In this document: piece after piece, positions 39,660-52,928 of the stretch
Layout of the letters: the number at the start of each line of letters is the position of its first letter
How positions within the stretch are numbered: the stretch's first letter is position 1
From: Heptranchias perlo
Taxonomy: Eukaryota
Direction of reading: 5' to 3'
Assembly (NCBI RefSeq): GCF_035084215.1
Contig: NC_090360.1
Location: 16,492,001-16,556,000 of the forward strand
DNA length: 64,000 bases
Translations under genes and position numbers: made by a program
The notes under the pieces: model-generated
Seen by the model: the letters and a program-made list of their open reading frames with translations, nothing else
The model's database searches: none
What the model was told of the DNA's origin: nothing

Positions 39660-40260
39660 AGTTAATCACATATTGTGCGGGGATTAAAGTCACAACAGAT
39701 TTCAATTACTTTATGCGGTGGGCAAACTCGGGCTGCTTTTATTCTGTACTTGTGAAAAGCACAGCGGTTACTGCTTAGTGGGCTTCACGTTATACAATGC
39801 AATTTAGAGAGGCAAACGTAACCTCTTCAAAATAGGAATTAGAACGGAAACAGAATTAATATTAGAATATCAAGAGCCCTAATTTATTCTCTGAGTGTAC
39901 TGATTTTCTTATATTTTGAAGAATGTCTCGAATCAATAAACTTTAAATCAGAAATTCTTGAGTATACGTCAAATAAATTGACCAGAACACAAATCCGACA
40001 GGTTCTGACTGGACTCTTTCCTAATCCTGTATTGACTTGACATTTGTGGCGAGAATTCTACATTATCAAACGCTCAGGAAGCAGCTTGGTGTACGCACGT
40101 CACTGTTTGCGAAAGTTAATTTTTATATACCATTTTATTTATAGGCAGTGGTCCGTGCTGCTTTGCTGATGCACTCCAGTCTAATGAGATTAAACGTCCA
40201 ACGAAAATGAACGGTTGTAATCTGGTTCATCTGGTGTCTCAGGATTTAAGACTGGGTAAA
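39660..40260 (+). promoter_or_regulatory. RBP3 proximal promoter with CRX/OTX sites and an NRL/Maf-like site
   Basis: GGATTAAAG at ~39681, CTAATCC at 40021, TGCTGATGCA at 40164-73, CTAATGAGATTAA at 40181-93, TAATCT at 40218. Confidence 0.55.
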
Positions 40261-40343
40261 GTATTAAGACTTCCTTCGGGTCTCTATCGCTGATAGACTG
40301 GGGGTGGTTTTTTTTTGCTGGAAAACTACCTCGTTAAAGAAAC

Positions 40344-43343
40344 ATGGCCGGAAGCGCCTACTTTTGGCTGACAGTTTTATTGTTCAGCAATGTGCCCGGT
40401 GGTGAGATGTTCCAGTCGACGCTAATGTTGGACATGGCCAAAATCCTACTGGACATGTACTGCTTCCCAGAAAACTTGGTCGGGATGAAAGAAGCCATCG
40501 GACAAGCCAATCAGAGCGGAGAAATACTGCACGTGACCGACCCCCAAACTTTCGCCACTGTGTTGTCCGCGGGTGTCCAGGGGGCTTTGAACGACCCTCG
40601 CCTCTGGGTCTCATACGAACCTGGAGCATCGTTCTCTGAGCCGGTGGATCTCCCTACCCCGAGCCCCGAGATGATTGTAGCCCTGGTCCAGCACTCAATC
40701 CAATTCGAAATTTTAGAGAACAACGTGGGTTACTTAAGAATTGACCACGTTATTGAAGAGGACATCATCAAAATGGTTGGCCCGACTCTTGTAGACACAG
40801 TTTGGAAATACATCCTGAACACCGACGCTTTGGTTCTGGATCTCCGATACAGCGGTAGTGGGCAGGTCTCTGGAATTCCTTTCGTGATCTCTTACTTTTG
40901 CGACGCGGACCCTGAAATTCACATCGACTCTATTTATGACCGTCCGTCCAATTCCACCAAGGATATATGGACCCTGCCCAGTCTTTTGGGTGAAAGATAC
41001 AGCAGGGATAAAGATCTGTTGGTGCTGATCAGTAAGAACACCCAGGGAGTTGCTGAGGATGTGGCGTACATTCTCAAGCACTTAAACCGGGGCCTTTTGG
41101 TGGGCGAGCGGACAGCGGGTGGGTCACTCAATATCCAGAAGTTCCGCATTGGGTCATCCGACTTCTTCATCACGGTTCCCCTGTCAAGATCCATCAGCCC
41201 CATCACCGGGCAGAGTTGGGAAGTAAACGGCGTTTTCCCATGTGTTCTGGTGAATGCAGAAAATGCACTTGAGAAAGCAACGTCTATTCTAGCTGTTAGG
41301 AAGTCGATGCCCAATGTGATCCAGACAGTTATTGAGATGTTGGACAATTATTACTCCTTCGTGGATCGTGTACCCGCCCTGATCCGCCAGGTTTCTAAAG
41401 TTGCCTACTCGGCTGTGATTTCAGAGCAAGACCTGGCAGCAAAACTTAACTCTGAGCTCCAGGCCACCTGTGAAGATCCACGACTAATGATTAAAATAAG
41501 GTCAGAACCCCCAGTCACCATAAAGCATAACCCTACCGTGGACTTACCAGATAACGCTACTTTCCTCCAGCATCTGGTCGACAGCGTGTTTCAAGTGAAG
41601 ATCCTGCCAGGCAATATAGGATACCTCAGATTCGATGAGTTTCCGGATGATTCTGTGCTGGTAAAACTAACCCCGTACATACTTAAGGGAGTGTGGGAAC
41701 CGATCGAAGACACTGATCATTTAATAATAGATCTTAGGTATAACATAGGCGGCTCCTCTGCCGCCGTGCCTGTGTTGCTCTCCCACTTCCAAGACCAAAC
41801 GCCACCCGTTCGCTTTTTCACTGTATATAATAGGCTGACCAACGCCACGATAGAATTCTCCACACTTCCTAATTTGAAAGGAAACTCTTATGGGTCAAAG
41901 AAAGGCGTCTATGTGCTCACCAGTCATCACACTGCCACCTCAGCTGAAGAACTGGCCTACCTAATGCAGTCATTGAGCAGAGCCACGGTGATTGGGGAGA
42001 TCACATCTGGCAGCCTACTTCATTCCGGGTCATTTCAAATAGAAAATACCAATTTAGTTATTACAATCCCATTCATAAATTTCTTAGATAATAATGGAGA
42101 GTATTGGTTAGGCGGCGGTGTGGTACCTGATGCGATAGTATTGGCCGAAGAGGCGCTGGATAAGACGAAGGAAATTATAATGTTCCATGCTGAAGTGTTT
42201 GGGCTGGTGGAGGACACGGGGAAACTTCTAAACGTCCACTATGCCATCCCAGAGGTGGCTGCCAAGATCAGCTCGGTGCTCAATTCAAAGCGGTCGGAAG
42301 GTTTGTATCGTCCCGTTGTAGATTATGAGTCATTGGCTTCTCAGTTGACCTCAGACCTTAAGGAGACCTCTGGTGACCACCGGCTTCACGTTTTCTACAG
42401 CGACACCGAACCTAATGTCCCGGATGAGCACGCTGGCAAAATACCTTCGCCTGAAGAGCTCAGCTACATCATTAATGCCCTTTTCAAAATCGAAGTGCTA
42501 CCAAACAATATAGGGTACCTGCGATTTGATATGATGGCCAATGCAGAAATCATCAAGGTTATTGGCCCACAATTATTGGACCAAGTGTGGAACAAACTGG
42601 TCAATACAGACACTTTGATTATTGACATGAGATACAACACTGGTGGTTACTCAACTGCCGTTCCAATTTTATGCTCTTACTTCTTTGACCCGGAACCTGC
42701 CCGTCATCTTTACACAGTGTTTGACCGCTCTTCCTTGACTAGTTCAGAAATATGGACAATGCCTAAAGTACTGGGCCAAAGATACGCCTCTCATAAGGAT
42801 ATCTACATCTTAACCAGTCATATTACAGGTTCTGCTGCAGAGGCATTCACAAGAGCAATGAAAGACCTGAATAGGGCAACAGTCATAGGGGAACCAACTA
42901 TAGGAGGCGCCTTGTCTGTAGGCACATACAGGATAGAAAATAGCAATCTCTATGTATCTATTCCAAATCAAGTTGTCCTGAGCGCCGTCACGGGAAGAGT
43001 ATGGAGCCTCTCTGGAGCTGAACCGCACGTTACGGTCCAAGGTAACGAGGCCATGAACGTTGCACTTTGCATCATCGAGCTTCGCTCCAAAATACCATGG
43101 ATTGTCCGGACAGCCGGAAAACTGGTAGCTGATAACTATGCCTTTGCTGAAACCGGTGCGGGAGTGGCTGAGAAGATGGCTGAAATCGTCAGTAAGGGGA
43201 AGTACAGCATAATTAATTCTGAGGTTGAGCTGGCTCAGAAATTATCAGAGGACCTTCAGAAACTGTCCGGCGATAAACATCTCAAGGTAGCGCATATCCC
43301 TGAAAACTCAAAGGACCATATTCCCGGTGTAGTCCCGATGCCG
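40344..43343 (+). CDS. RBP3: RBP3/IRBP exon 1 (signal peptide, modules 1-3, start of module 4)
   Basis: N-terminal DMAKILLDMYCFPENL; three repeated GYLR(I/F)D...(L/I)D(L/M)RY modules; ends PGVVPMP|gtaggt (phase 0), matching the canonical IRBP exon 1 boundary. Confidence 0.97.
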
Positions 43344-43454
43344 GTAGGTTTCTTATCCGAAATAAAACATGGCTCAATTAAGAAAGTTGACCAAGCAATC
43401 TACTCAGTAACGGTGTATATTAATTTCAGTCTTATTTATATGTCCTTTTCCTAG

Positions 43455-43645
43455 ATTCCGCCCCCTGAGATGTTTGAGGACTTAATCGAATTCTCTTTCC
43501 AAACGAAGGTGTTTGAGAATACTGTCGGCTACCTCCGATTCGACATGTTCGGTGACATTGAACTGATCACCCAAGTATCAGATCTAATGGTGGAGCATGT
43601 ATGGAACAAAATTGCAAACACCACTGCCCTGATTGTGGATCTTAG
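43455..43645 (+). CDS. RBP3: RBP3 exon 2 (191 nt)
   Basis: Acceptor cttttcctag|ATT; encodes [15 protein letters not shown]...[11 protein letters not shown]...ALIVDLR; donor AG|gtaac. Confidence 0.95.
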
Positions 43646-44039
43646 GTAACATACGGTGTAACTTGGCCAGCCGGTAATGTGCAGTATTGCACTTATTCCG
43701 AATCCCCTAATTGCCTGAAAGATGTAAATATCGCGCAAAACTGCACCGTTCCTTCTGCTGCTTATTGTGCACTGCCAACATTTAATGACGATTGCATTAG
43801 AGTCATCTGGGCGCTCGAATAGTCTTCATGTGTTGGCTATGTCATGTAGCTAAGCTTGGCCTTTAGTAATGCGGTGTTTGAGTCTCCCCTGCAGCGCAAT
43901 AAACGGTTCACATACTGATCATATGGCAGGGATCATAGATACTCCAAACCAATCAAAAGCGTTGCTGCCAAATTATAGTCTCATGATGACATGTCATTAA
44001 TCTATCCTAGTTTATCCCAAGCAAACCAGGTCGGAATAC

Positions 44040-44135
44040 GAGTGGGACTAATTGGATAGCTCTTTCAAAGAGCCAGCACAGGCACGATGGGCGGAATGGC
44101 CTACTTCTGTCCTGTAAGATTCTGTGATTCTCTAT
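44040..44135 (+). mobile_element. CR1 3' tail in RBP3 intron 2
   Basis: GAGTGGGACTAATTGGATAGCTCTTTCAAAGAGCC..GATTCTGTGATTCT. Confidence 0.75.
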
Positions 44136-47100
44136 GACTGTTTCTCAGGTAAATATAGGATCTCCTCTTGTGGCATCGACTAAAGGTGCACGCACTACAG
44201 TCCTACAGAGCATGGCCATCTGGGTTAAATTCGAACATCTGCAATTTGCTTTCTCTCCAATAATCACAAATGCCAGAGTCACAGGTACGCAATCACCCTT
44301 GGAGGACACCAGTATATGAACTGTTAGTTGCTACAGTAACTGGAGACAGCATTTAAACTTTGCGATTTACAGTGCATTCACACTACAAGTTTAGGATCTA
44401 TGTGAAGCTGTTCATCCAGACTAAACTTGTAGCGTAAATCGGGCGTGATGGCCCAAAGTGACTCTGAAGTTAACCAAAGTGCGACCACCTCCCCAGGGAG
44501 TCTCTCTTAGCTTTTTTCAGTATCAGGATGGCATTCCAAATTCAGCCTTTATTTACACTACAACTACAACCTCCCTGCAAAGCAAATGTACTTGGGATTG
44601 AGCTTATAGTTATAATATGAAAGAACTCATAGAGGACAAATAATAATGAATACATTAAATAGTGTTGATTCAGTATTTACCCATCCCACTCATTCTTTTT
44701 CTCTGATCCCACTTCTCCAAATGCTGCTGCAACTCCAAATTTGCACTCTTCCCCCCTACATTTCTCTCCTATTCCCTCTATAACCTCTCCTTGCTTTTCA
44801 CCAATTCCTCTCCCCCCAAGACCACTAATTTAAACTTTTTTCTCCATCATGAGTGAAGTTGAGAAAGGCCCATCCGTCAATCGCGTTCCCTAATATTTGC
44901 ATCACTAGAAGAGTTAGAGCAAAAGAGACCAATGCTGTTTTTTTTGGGGGAGGGGGGGTGGGGGTGGGTGGATAGATTAAATGGGAAGCAGAACCATATT
45001 GGAAGAGCATTTAAAGCAGTGGAGTCAGTGCGAAGCAAGACCTAGAGGCGGCAAATGGAGACAAATGAGCAAGAAGAAAAAAGTTTGTCCCAATGGCTAA
45101 TTCTTCCAAACATCCCATTTGCAAATGGCATCTGCATTCTCAGCATGTTCAGTTGCCCACAAGTATCGAAGTTTGCAGTATAGCGAATTGGATTTGCTGA
45201 AAAGCAACATATCAACCAGACACGTTTCATTAATCTTTGCTAAAAGGGCTGTAGTTTTGAGCAACTGAAAGTATGGAATAGAAAAGGAAAGATTGTCTTG
45301 TCAATGCAAAAATAGCAGTACTCATCTGAGTGCAAGCCTTGTTCATGTCATGTGCAGTAACACAGAGATATAGCAAAATAAATAATGACTGTAATCCTCT
45401 AACAATATAGTACAGTACTTCCAAAATATTTGCCCACAAGTTCCACGGTGACCTCCAGTGCAGAAATGCACTCTAGGGAAGTAAATGGAGAGTACTTATA
45501 GATACATGTGCTGACTAGAGTTATTGTGGGTCTAGCTAATGCTTAAATAGTGTACAGATGTAAGCCACAAATATGTGGCTGATCTGTAATATACCTTGGC
45601 CATTCATTATAAGTTTTTTCCACTTATCTGCACTGCTGAGAAATTACGTATTTTAATGCTACAGTTGGTTGGGTATGCAGGCAAGTGCACCGTTGGTAAT
45701 GACAAATTTGGCTTCCCTGCATCAACAGGGAAACACTAACAATGGCTGCCCGATATCAGGGATAAAAAATTACAGGAAAGTTTTCAAGACGTTCTGACAT
45801 CCAGCTTCCAATAATTATTAGGAAATACGGGGTGATAAAAATATGACAATTGATACATTATAATGGCTGATCAAGGTGAATCAAAAAAAATTCAGGACTT
45901 TGGATGGGATAGTGAGTTAGACATTGGTCTTTCAGTTCTGGGGATCTTAGTTCAAATCCAGCCCAGATTGATTGGATGAAAGTCATCTTTTTCAGCTGGC
46001 TGTAATGGTCCAATACGAAATGCGTTTGGGAGGTCACCATTTACCTTCCAGGGAGTTTAGGCACAAAACATAAAAGTACCCACAGTTTGGCATTAACTTG
46101 GCACTCTTACCCAGAGACCCTAAATGATGACTGGTGTGGGAAGTGGGAAATGGCAACTGCCACACAAGTGCAATAGAGGGTCCTATTCTGAAGTTGGGAC
46201 AGCAGCAGATTGTTCGGGCAGAATAGAGGGGGCTGTACTCTGCATCCAACTGTGCTATACCCTTGTATAGATATACTGGAGCGCTTGATGCTGATACTGG
46301 ACACCCAAACTGGAAAGTGTTCCATTCCCCAACATTAGCATGCTTCACCTTGATGAAAACAGCTACCCTGGAACTAATGCAGGGTCACCCAACACATTGA
46401 GTGTTATGTAGTCTTTGAACTTTGACAATCATGTTCAGGGTGACTGATTACGTTGAATTCCATTTTATTATATAAGTTTCCAGGATTTGTAACCAGTAGT
46501 TTGGGGGTTGCGTTTGCAATTCTGACTGTTTCAGGTTATGTGACCAAAAGAGTCAGATTCAGTTTTTAATACATGGGAATCTGGGAGTTTTACTGATGTT
46601 TTGAGAATCATAAAACCATAAATCCAAAATCATGATGCGTTGTATAATATTATCAAATAAATTTTAGCAAATGCATTCGTCAGACAGTGTGGTGACAATT
46701 GTGGCTATATAAATAGTAATTGACTGTCACGTGGTTACAGGTCCTACTGTACTACAATGCTGGAGTGAGATCCAGTTATTTTATGGAACTATGGTGAATG
46801 TCATTTTGATTGTTACAAATGGTTACGGTGAAACTAGCTACCGTGTGATGGTTGTTGCAATCATGTGACAGGAAGAGCAGATGCATGTTTTGAAATGAAA
46901 GTTTTTCTATCGTGTCACTTGACCGGAAGGACAGTGCTACAGGTTTGTTTTTCTTACAGTTGTAATGGGAAATTACATCGCCATTATGGTGTAATATGAC
47001 AAAAGGCAAATCTATCATGTATAATCTGAGTTCATTTTACAAACTGGAAACATGCCAGTTGAGGTTTCTGCGTTTGTTATATTTAAATACAATCACAATT

Positions 47101-47766
47101 TTTTCTTTATATACAAATATTTTTGCATCAAAAATTTTAAAATATGTATTTTGAAGATGTTGTTTACAGATAAATCTATAATCAAATAATTGGAACATAC
47201 AGTACAAAAATGCTTAGGTTACATTTTCCTTCTTTAAAAGTCGCATTCGTGTTTTCTGATGGTAATCGATTGGAACAAGTATGCTAAATTCAACAATAGT
47301 TTTTGAATTTACATGAAAAAACAGAAATTTACTTGTAAAACTCCACGATTGCCATCTCTAGTCCATCAAAAAAAATTGAGGAGGAGCTACTGTAAGATGG
47401 TTGCGTTCTATTGCTGAAAGGCAAACTTAAATCTGTACATGGTTGAAGCAACGCATTGTCCGTCGAGATACATATGCTGTATAGTTTGGAGTCGACCATT
47501 TAATGCAGCGCGAAACACAAACCAAGTTAGGAAAGAGTCGTTCTGATGTTTCATTAGGTTATGGTGTAAAAGCAGACTTGACTTTTGAGTAAAGCGAGTG
47601 AAGACTCGAAGACCAACAGTGCATTAGTATTTATCAGTCAGCTGACCGCTCAAAGTTCTTCACTCCCCCATGTTTAAATTATTCTGATTGCCGTTTAACA
47701 TGCTTCGAAAACTCTAATACTTTTTTTTCAACTTTAACTAATTCGAACCCATCTTATGTGGCGTAG

Positions 47767-47909
47767 GTACAACATTGGAGGACCTACATCTTCTATCCCA
47801 GCCCTGTGTTCCTATTTCTTTGATGATGGGAATCCTGTGCTCCTAGACACCATTTACAGCAGACCTACTGATACAACCTCCGAATTATGGACCATCCCAC
47901 TGGTAGCAG
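47767..47909 (+). CDS. RBP3: RBP3 exon 3 (143 nt)
   Basis: Acceptor gcgtag|G; encodes [19 protein letters not shown]...ELWTIPLVA; donor G|gtaac; frame is consistent with exons 2 and 4. Confidence 0.95.
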
Positions 47910-48018
47910 GTAACAGATAAACGAGATATATCGTGGCATTTGTTTGTTCAAGCACAAAATGCGCGCCGTTACTAGCTTTTTGCCATAATCCCTTGCAATT
48001 GCTGCTCTGTGTTTTAAG

Positions 48019-48344
48019 GGGAGCGATATGGCTCTGAAAGGGAGTTAATTCTCCTCACAAGCAACGTCACTTCAGGGGCGGCGGAGGAGTTCGTCTTCGT
48101 AATGAAGAGATTGGGAAGGGCTCTCGTTGTTGGTGAGGTGACGAGCGGCGGATGCCACCCTCCACAAACCTATCATGTGGCCGACACCAACCTTTACCTG
48201 AACATCCCGACCGTCAGGTCTTCCAGCCTGGAAGGAGCCTCCTGGGAAGGGGCAGGTATCGCACCCAATGTCGAGGTATCTGCCGGAACCGCGCTGGAGA
48301 AAGCCAAGGAAATTATGAGAAGTCACTTGCATGGACTTTCTTAA
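48019..48344 (+). CDS. RBP3: RBP3 exon 4 coding part
   Basis: Acceptor gttttaag|GG; encodes [15 protein letters not shown]...AAEEF...[26 protein letters not shown]...; stop at 48342-48344. AATAAA at 48577-48582. Total CDS 3660 nt (1219 aa). Confidence 0.95.
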
Positions 48345-51300
48345 TTTACTCCCCCACAGCTTCAGCACATATAGTTAAGTATAAATAGCGTAGTATGTCA
48401 TTCAAATAGAATGCCATGTATTCTTACATAATATAATTAAATACCAAGGGTGAATTGTCACTTTATGGACACACACTGGATATAGTTCTAGTCTCAGTTC
48501 TCAGCTAATACCACCCACTGTGAAATAATACATCACTGTCCTTCCATATTTGTTCTCCAGAAGTTTAAATATTTATAATAAAATGTCTGCCTAATGTGTG
48601 TTATTAAGAAATGTGCTTCCCGGCTTCGAGTGTAGTTCCAGGACTTTATGGCACAGTTGGATCCCCTCATTTTGTCCGCCTTGTTTGTAACTGGCTGAGA
48701 ACATATATTTTGGTGTATAATGTGTTATAGGATTTTCTTTGGTGTAATTGTTACTAGTTTATCTATCATTTGCTTTCATATAGTTTGGATGATTTTTCCA
48801 TTATCTTCATTTTCTTGTCAAGGAGAATCGTGTAATGCTTCAGGGACAATGTCACTAATTTCGACCACACTGTGTGAATCGGCAACGATTAATACAATAA
48901 ACCGCTTAAAATTAAGAAAATGTGGAGAATGTTTGCCAAAAAGGGTTGATCCGCTTTAGTTTGTTAATCAATGTCCGGGTAAAAAATTTTTTTTATTATT
49001 CCTGTTAATACAAATTCAATGATCCTTAAAATTGGAACTATAGTTACATTTATTCTTTTAGTATCAATGTGAAACCCACTTATAGAATCTAAGTAACTAA
49101 CTGCTACCATTTGGCTCCGAAAAATACACGTTGGATCAAAATCTAGAGAAAACAACCGAAAATCATAGTAAATTAAAGATGACGACGGTCGCTTAACTCC
49201 TATGATTTCACTGGACACGGGTGCAACAAAATAATCGCTTTAATGCCCTGAAATTGAAAGTTTGAAAAACATTGGTATAATTGATCTTTTTGGTCGTATA
49301 TGCTTTCGTAAGCTGAGTAACTCCTCCAGGTTGGTAAAAGTAATACATCACTGAATCATCCAGGTCAGATGGTCATAAGTTGTTTCCAAAGTGATTTGTC
49401 CACTTTTAAAATGCGGCTTAGCACAGGCCTGGAATTATACTGCACCTGATACAAACTCACACTGGTCTGCGACAGCCTTCTGAGGGCGAGTCACACATCA
49501 TGACTTAACTGTGCCCGGGAGTCAAAGCAGGAAGTGACTCCTGACTTATACTGATACTTTCGTGTCAATGAGCATCACCGCGCCCTTCATTTCGATATCA
49601 GCGGCGTGTTTTACTATTATTCTTAGTAAACTGTACCAAATTAACACACCATCTTCCAGGGGCAAAACCAAAATAAAATCCACATTGTTCCATTGTTTTC
49701 GACGACGATCAGTAATAATTAGAAGTAAGGAGTAAAGCTGTGATTTTAATGTACCTAAATAATATTTTGTAGTTTGTAAGAGAAAAGATAGTGCTGGAAT
49801 CGATCATATAATTGACATTTATAGCTACATTTTTCAATGCATAGACATTTAAAATTCAGACACAAAGTAAATACCATTCTGAAGTATTAGTTGTTCTCTA
49901 ATTGTCTATATAGTTAATAAAATGTTACGTGCCTGTTGTGAACTTTGTGAATATAATGCCCACTGTAAACATGTCAGTCTTCTTATCTGGAGATGCAAAG
50001 CTCTTCTTTCTCGTTGGTTCAATGTCTTTTTCTCCTTTCGAATTGGTTATTTTCTGCTTTTGTTGTTCACTAATCATATTGTACAAAACCTTCTCCCCCC
50101 CCCCCTAACATTTTCTGCCCAATCATAATGCAGTAAATATTAGCCAATCAGGTTGCAATCTCCACGAAAGTCCCCACCCAAGATGAGAACCAGGAAGCTT
50201 TTAACAAGTGCTGTTTTAAACATTGTGGATTGTTTCGTGTTCCTAGGAATAAAATAGAGATTACCTGCAACTCCATTTACAGCAAGCCAATGGGGAGATG
50301 TCTGAACTTACATAGCCTGGTTTGAAGACGCCCGTCTCTGCGCTGAGTGTGTTCCAGCTCTGCTTCCCTTACTCGCAGTTACTCCCCAGTAATCCCTTTG
50401 GGTTTTGCTCCCTCCCCACTTCAGCCCCTTCCCGGCTTCAGCCCCTTAGGTCCCAGACAATCCAATCAGCTTTTTTTTAAAAAAAACAGCGGCCGGTGCC
50501 CTATCTCCTCCTTAGCTTGCCAGTAACACCACTGGAGCACCACTAGTTATTAGAATTACAGCTCAATTCACGAAAAATGTGGAGAGCAACCCGAAACACA
50601 CTATCACTGATAGTTGTTCCTATGCCTTTTATTATTGCACGTTGTATCAATGCAACTAATCTGTGATTCTAAATGTACTGCAGCCGGGTGTTTACGTTCC
50701 TCTCCCCTTTCTGTTGGTTAATAGTGATGGTCCTGTATCATTTCCCATTTTACTGGTCAAGAATATTGCGCCACATCAGCCTCGGGGTTAGCTCTTCTAG
50801 ATATGAATAAACAGTAACCACAATAAAGTGAATGACCTCCTTGAGTGATGGATGGATTCGGGAGACTTTCACCATCTCAGAGCGAACCCGAAGGATTTAC
50901 TGGGAACACTGATACGTTTCTGAAATGGTCAGTCGGAGCTGCCCAGATAATTCTGACTAATTAATGTTTCAATTCGCACCTGAATACAAATTGATACTGG
51001 TTTAGGAAGCCAGTGCATATAACGAGCTAGATTGAGCCCTCACATTTTTGAACTGCAATTCGCTAACTTTCCTACATTGCAACAGTAACTACACTTCGAA
51101 AAGTACTTCAATGGCTGTAAAACGCTTTGTGATGTGAAAGGCACTATCTAAATGCAAGTTATTTCTTTTAATGGCTTCAACCAGTACTATGGTTATCTAA
51201 TCGGAATATATTGTGCTTTGGTGGAACAATCAATATAATTTTCTCCAAACAGGATTGATTGGTCGATCTCGAAGCTAAAGTTGGCAATTCGTAGGCGCCA

Positions 51301-52928
51301 GTCACGATTACTGATCAGCGTGTGGTATCATTTGGGCCCTTCTGATACTATGAATATTTACACGGTATGCACATAAGCCATGCATTTCACTGTTGAACTG
51401 AAAGAAGCACCATGATTTCTATTCCGATGCATTTTGTCCAGCACGAATGCAAAAAGGATGACTTTGTATTTGGGAGTTGATAAATCGCTCAATAATCATC
51501 GCTTGGATTTCGATTCAAATTGCCACACAAAGTCCGGCACGGTCATAAGAGCTGTGACCAATTGAATGGCCGATCATAAGGGAACTCCTAAAACCGGGAA
51601 ATAATTTCAATATTCTAGGAAAATATATCCCTTTCAAATATTCGCTACAACACTAGTATTTAACTCATTCAAAACCGTTGACAAAAGTGTTAACATTCAC
51701 ACCGTACAAAGGCAAAAATATCAATTTAATAAAATGTATGGGTTTCCTTCTAACTGAAATCCATAAAATGTAAAGCAACCGCTAATTAAACAGAGCTCAT
51801 TAAATGCACTATTAGACTTTCATTTTTTATCTCAATATTTGAATTCGCCTGATATGCAAACATCTGTAACATTAAATCCGAATGACCATGAACTTAGTTG
51901 GTGAAACAAAGAGCCTCCAGATCAAGCGCCTCCTCGTCTACCAACTACCCAATAAATGGCCCTTGTGTGTCCTCTTCCCTTTGGTATGGTCTGGATGATT
52001 GACAGAAATAGTGTTGCCTTTAATGAATGTATGGATAGGTTTTTCTGGACTTGTCTATCATTCATTATCATTGTTTCTTTAGTCTCTATTCATAGTACCT
52101 CGATAGTACAATGGCTTATCCTTCGCTATGCATTAAACACTATTGGCCTAGCTGCCCAAGTCTTTTCACAAACCTTCCACAGTGGCGTAAAGTACTGCAT
52201 GAATTAGTCCAATTTTCAAGAGTAATCAGTCATGTGTTTATATGGCAATGCAAAAGCAATCATGAGTCTGTACGAACAGATGAGCAGCAACACACTCAAC
52301 AATTTAGAAAGCTGTTGTGGAAATTGACTTTTTGTATAGTCTCCATATTGACCTTGCATAATGTCAAATTGTGTAATTCATTAACGTAATTCGAATACCA
52401 GAATGAAGACACACATTGTAACAAGTAAATTGCAGATATGTACACTGTATTTTCAAAAGTAATTATCCAAAACGAAAATAAATTTAAATTGAAGATCGTT
52501 TTATCAGCTGAAGATTCTATGGTCGTTGCACCAAGTTAACAATGTTTCAAAAGCAGGAATTTATTACTGTACATGATTATGTTTAAGTGGTTGTTCCATG
52601 CGACGTTTGCACTTACATGTATTTAATTCATAGGCAAATCAAACTGATTGTTCTGAAATGCAACGTTGATTACATTGGCAACTCTTTGTAACCCCAATTT
52701 CTATTGCTTTTTCTGAATAAATCAGATGCTTGCAATATCATTTTTGATATTTAGGATGCTTAGGCAGCCATTGGCTCGCTCACCAGCTTAAAAACTGTTC
52801 TAGGCCAGTAAGACTAGTTCACTCTCATCTGAACAGACAACTGTTTCTTATGGAATGCCGTTCCAGTTTGTAATCAGACCGCTAGTAAACTACTTCAAAG
52901 TTCACTTCTTTCAATTTTAATCCAGATC

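Noticed and set aside
40384-41347. Antisense ORFs within RBP3 exon 1 (also those over GDF2 and ZNF488 exons)
   Set aside because: Shadow frames of real coding sequence with no recognisable motifs.
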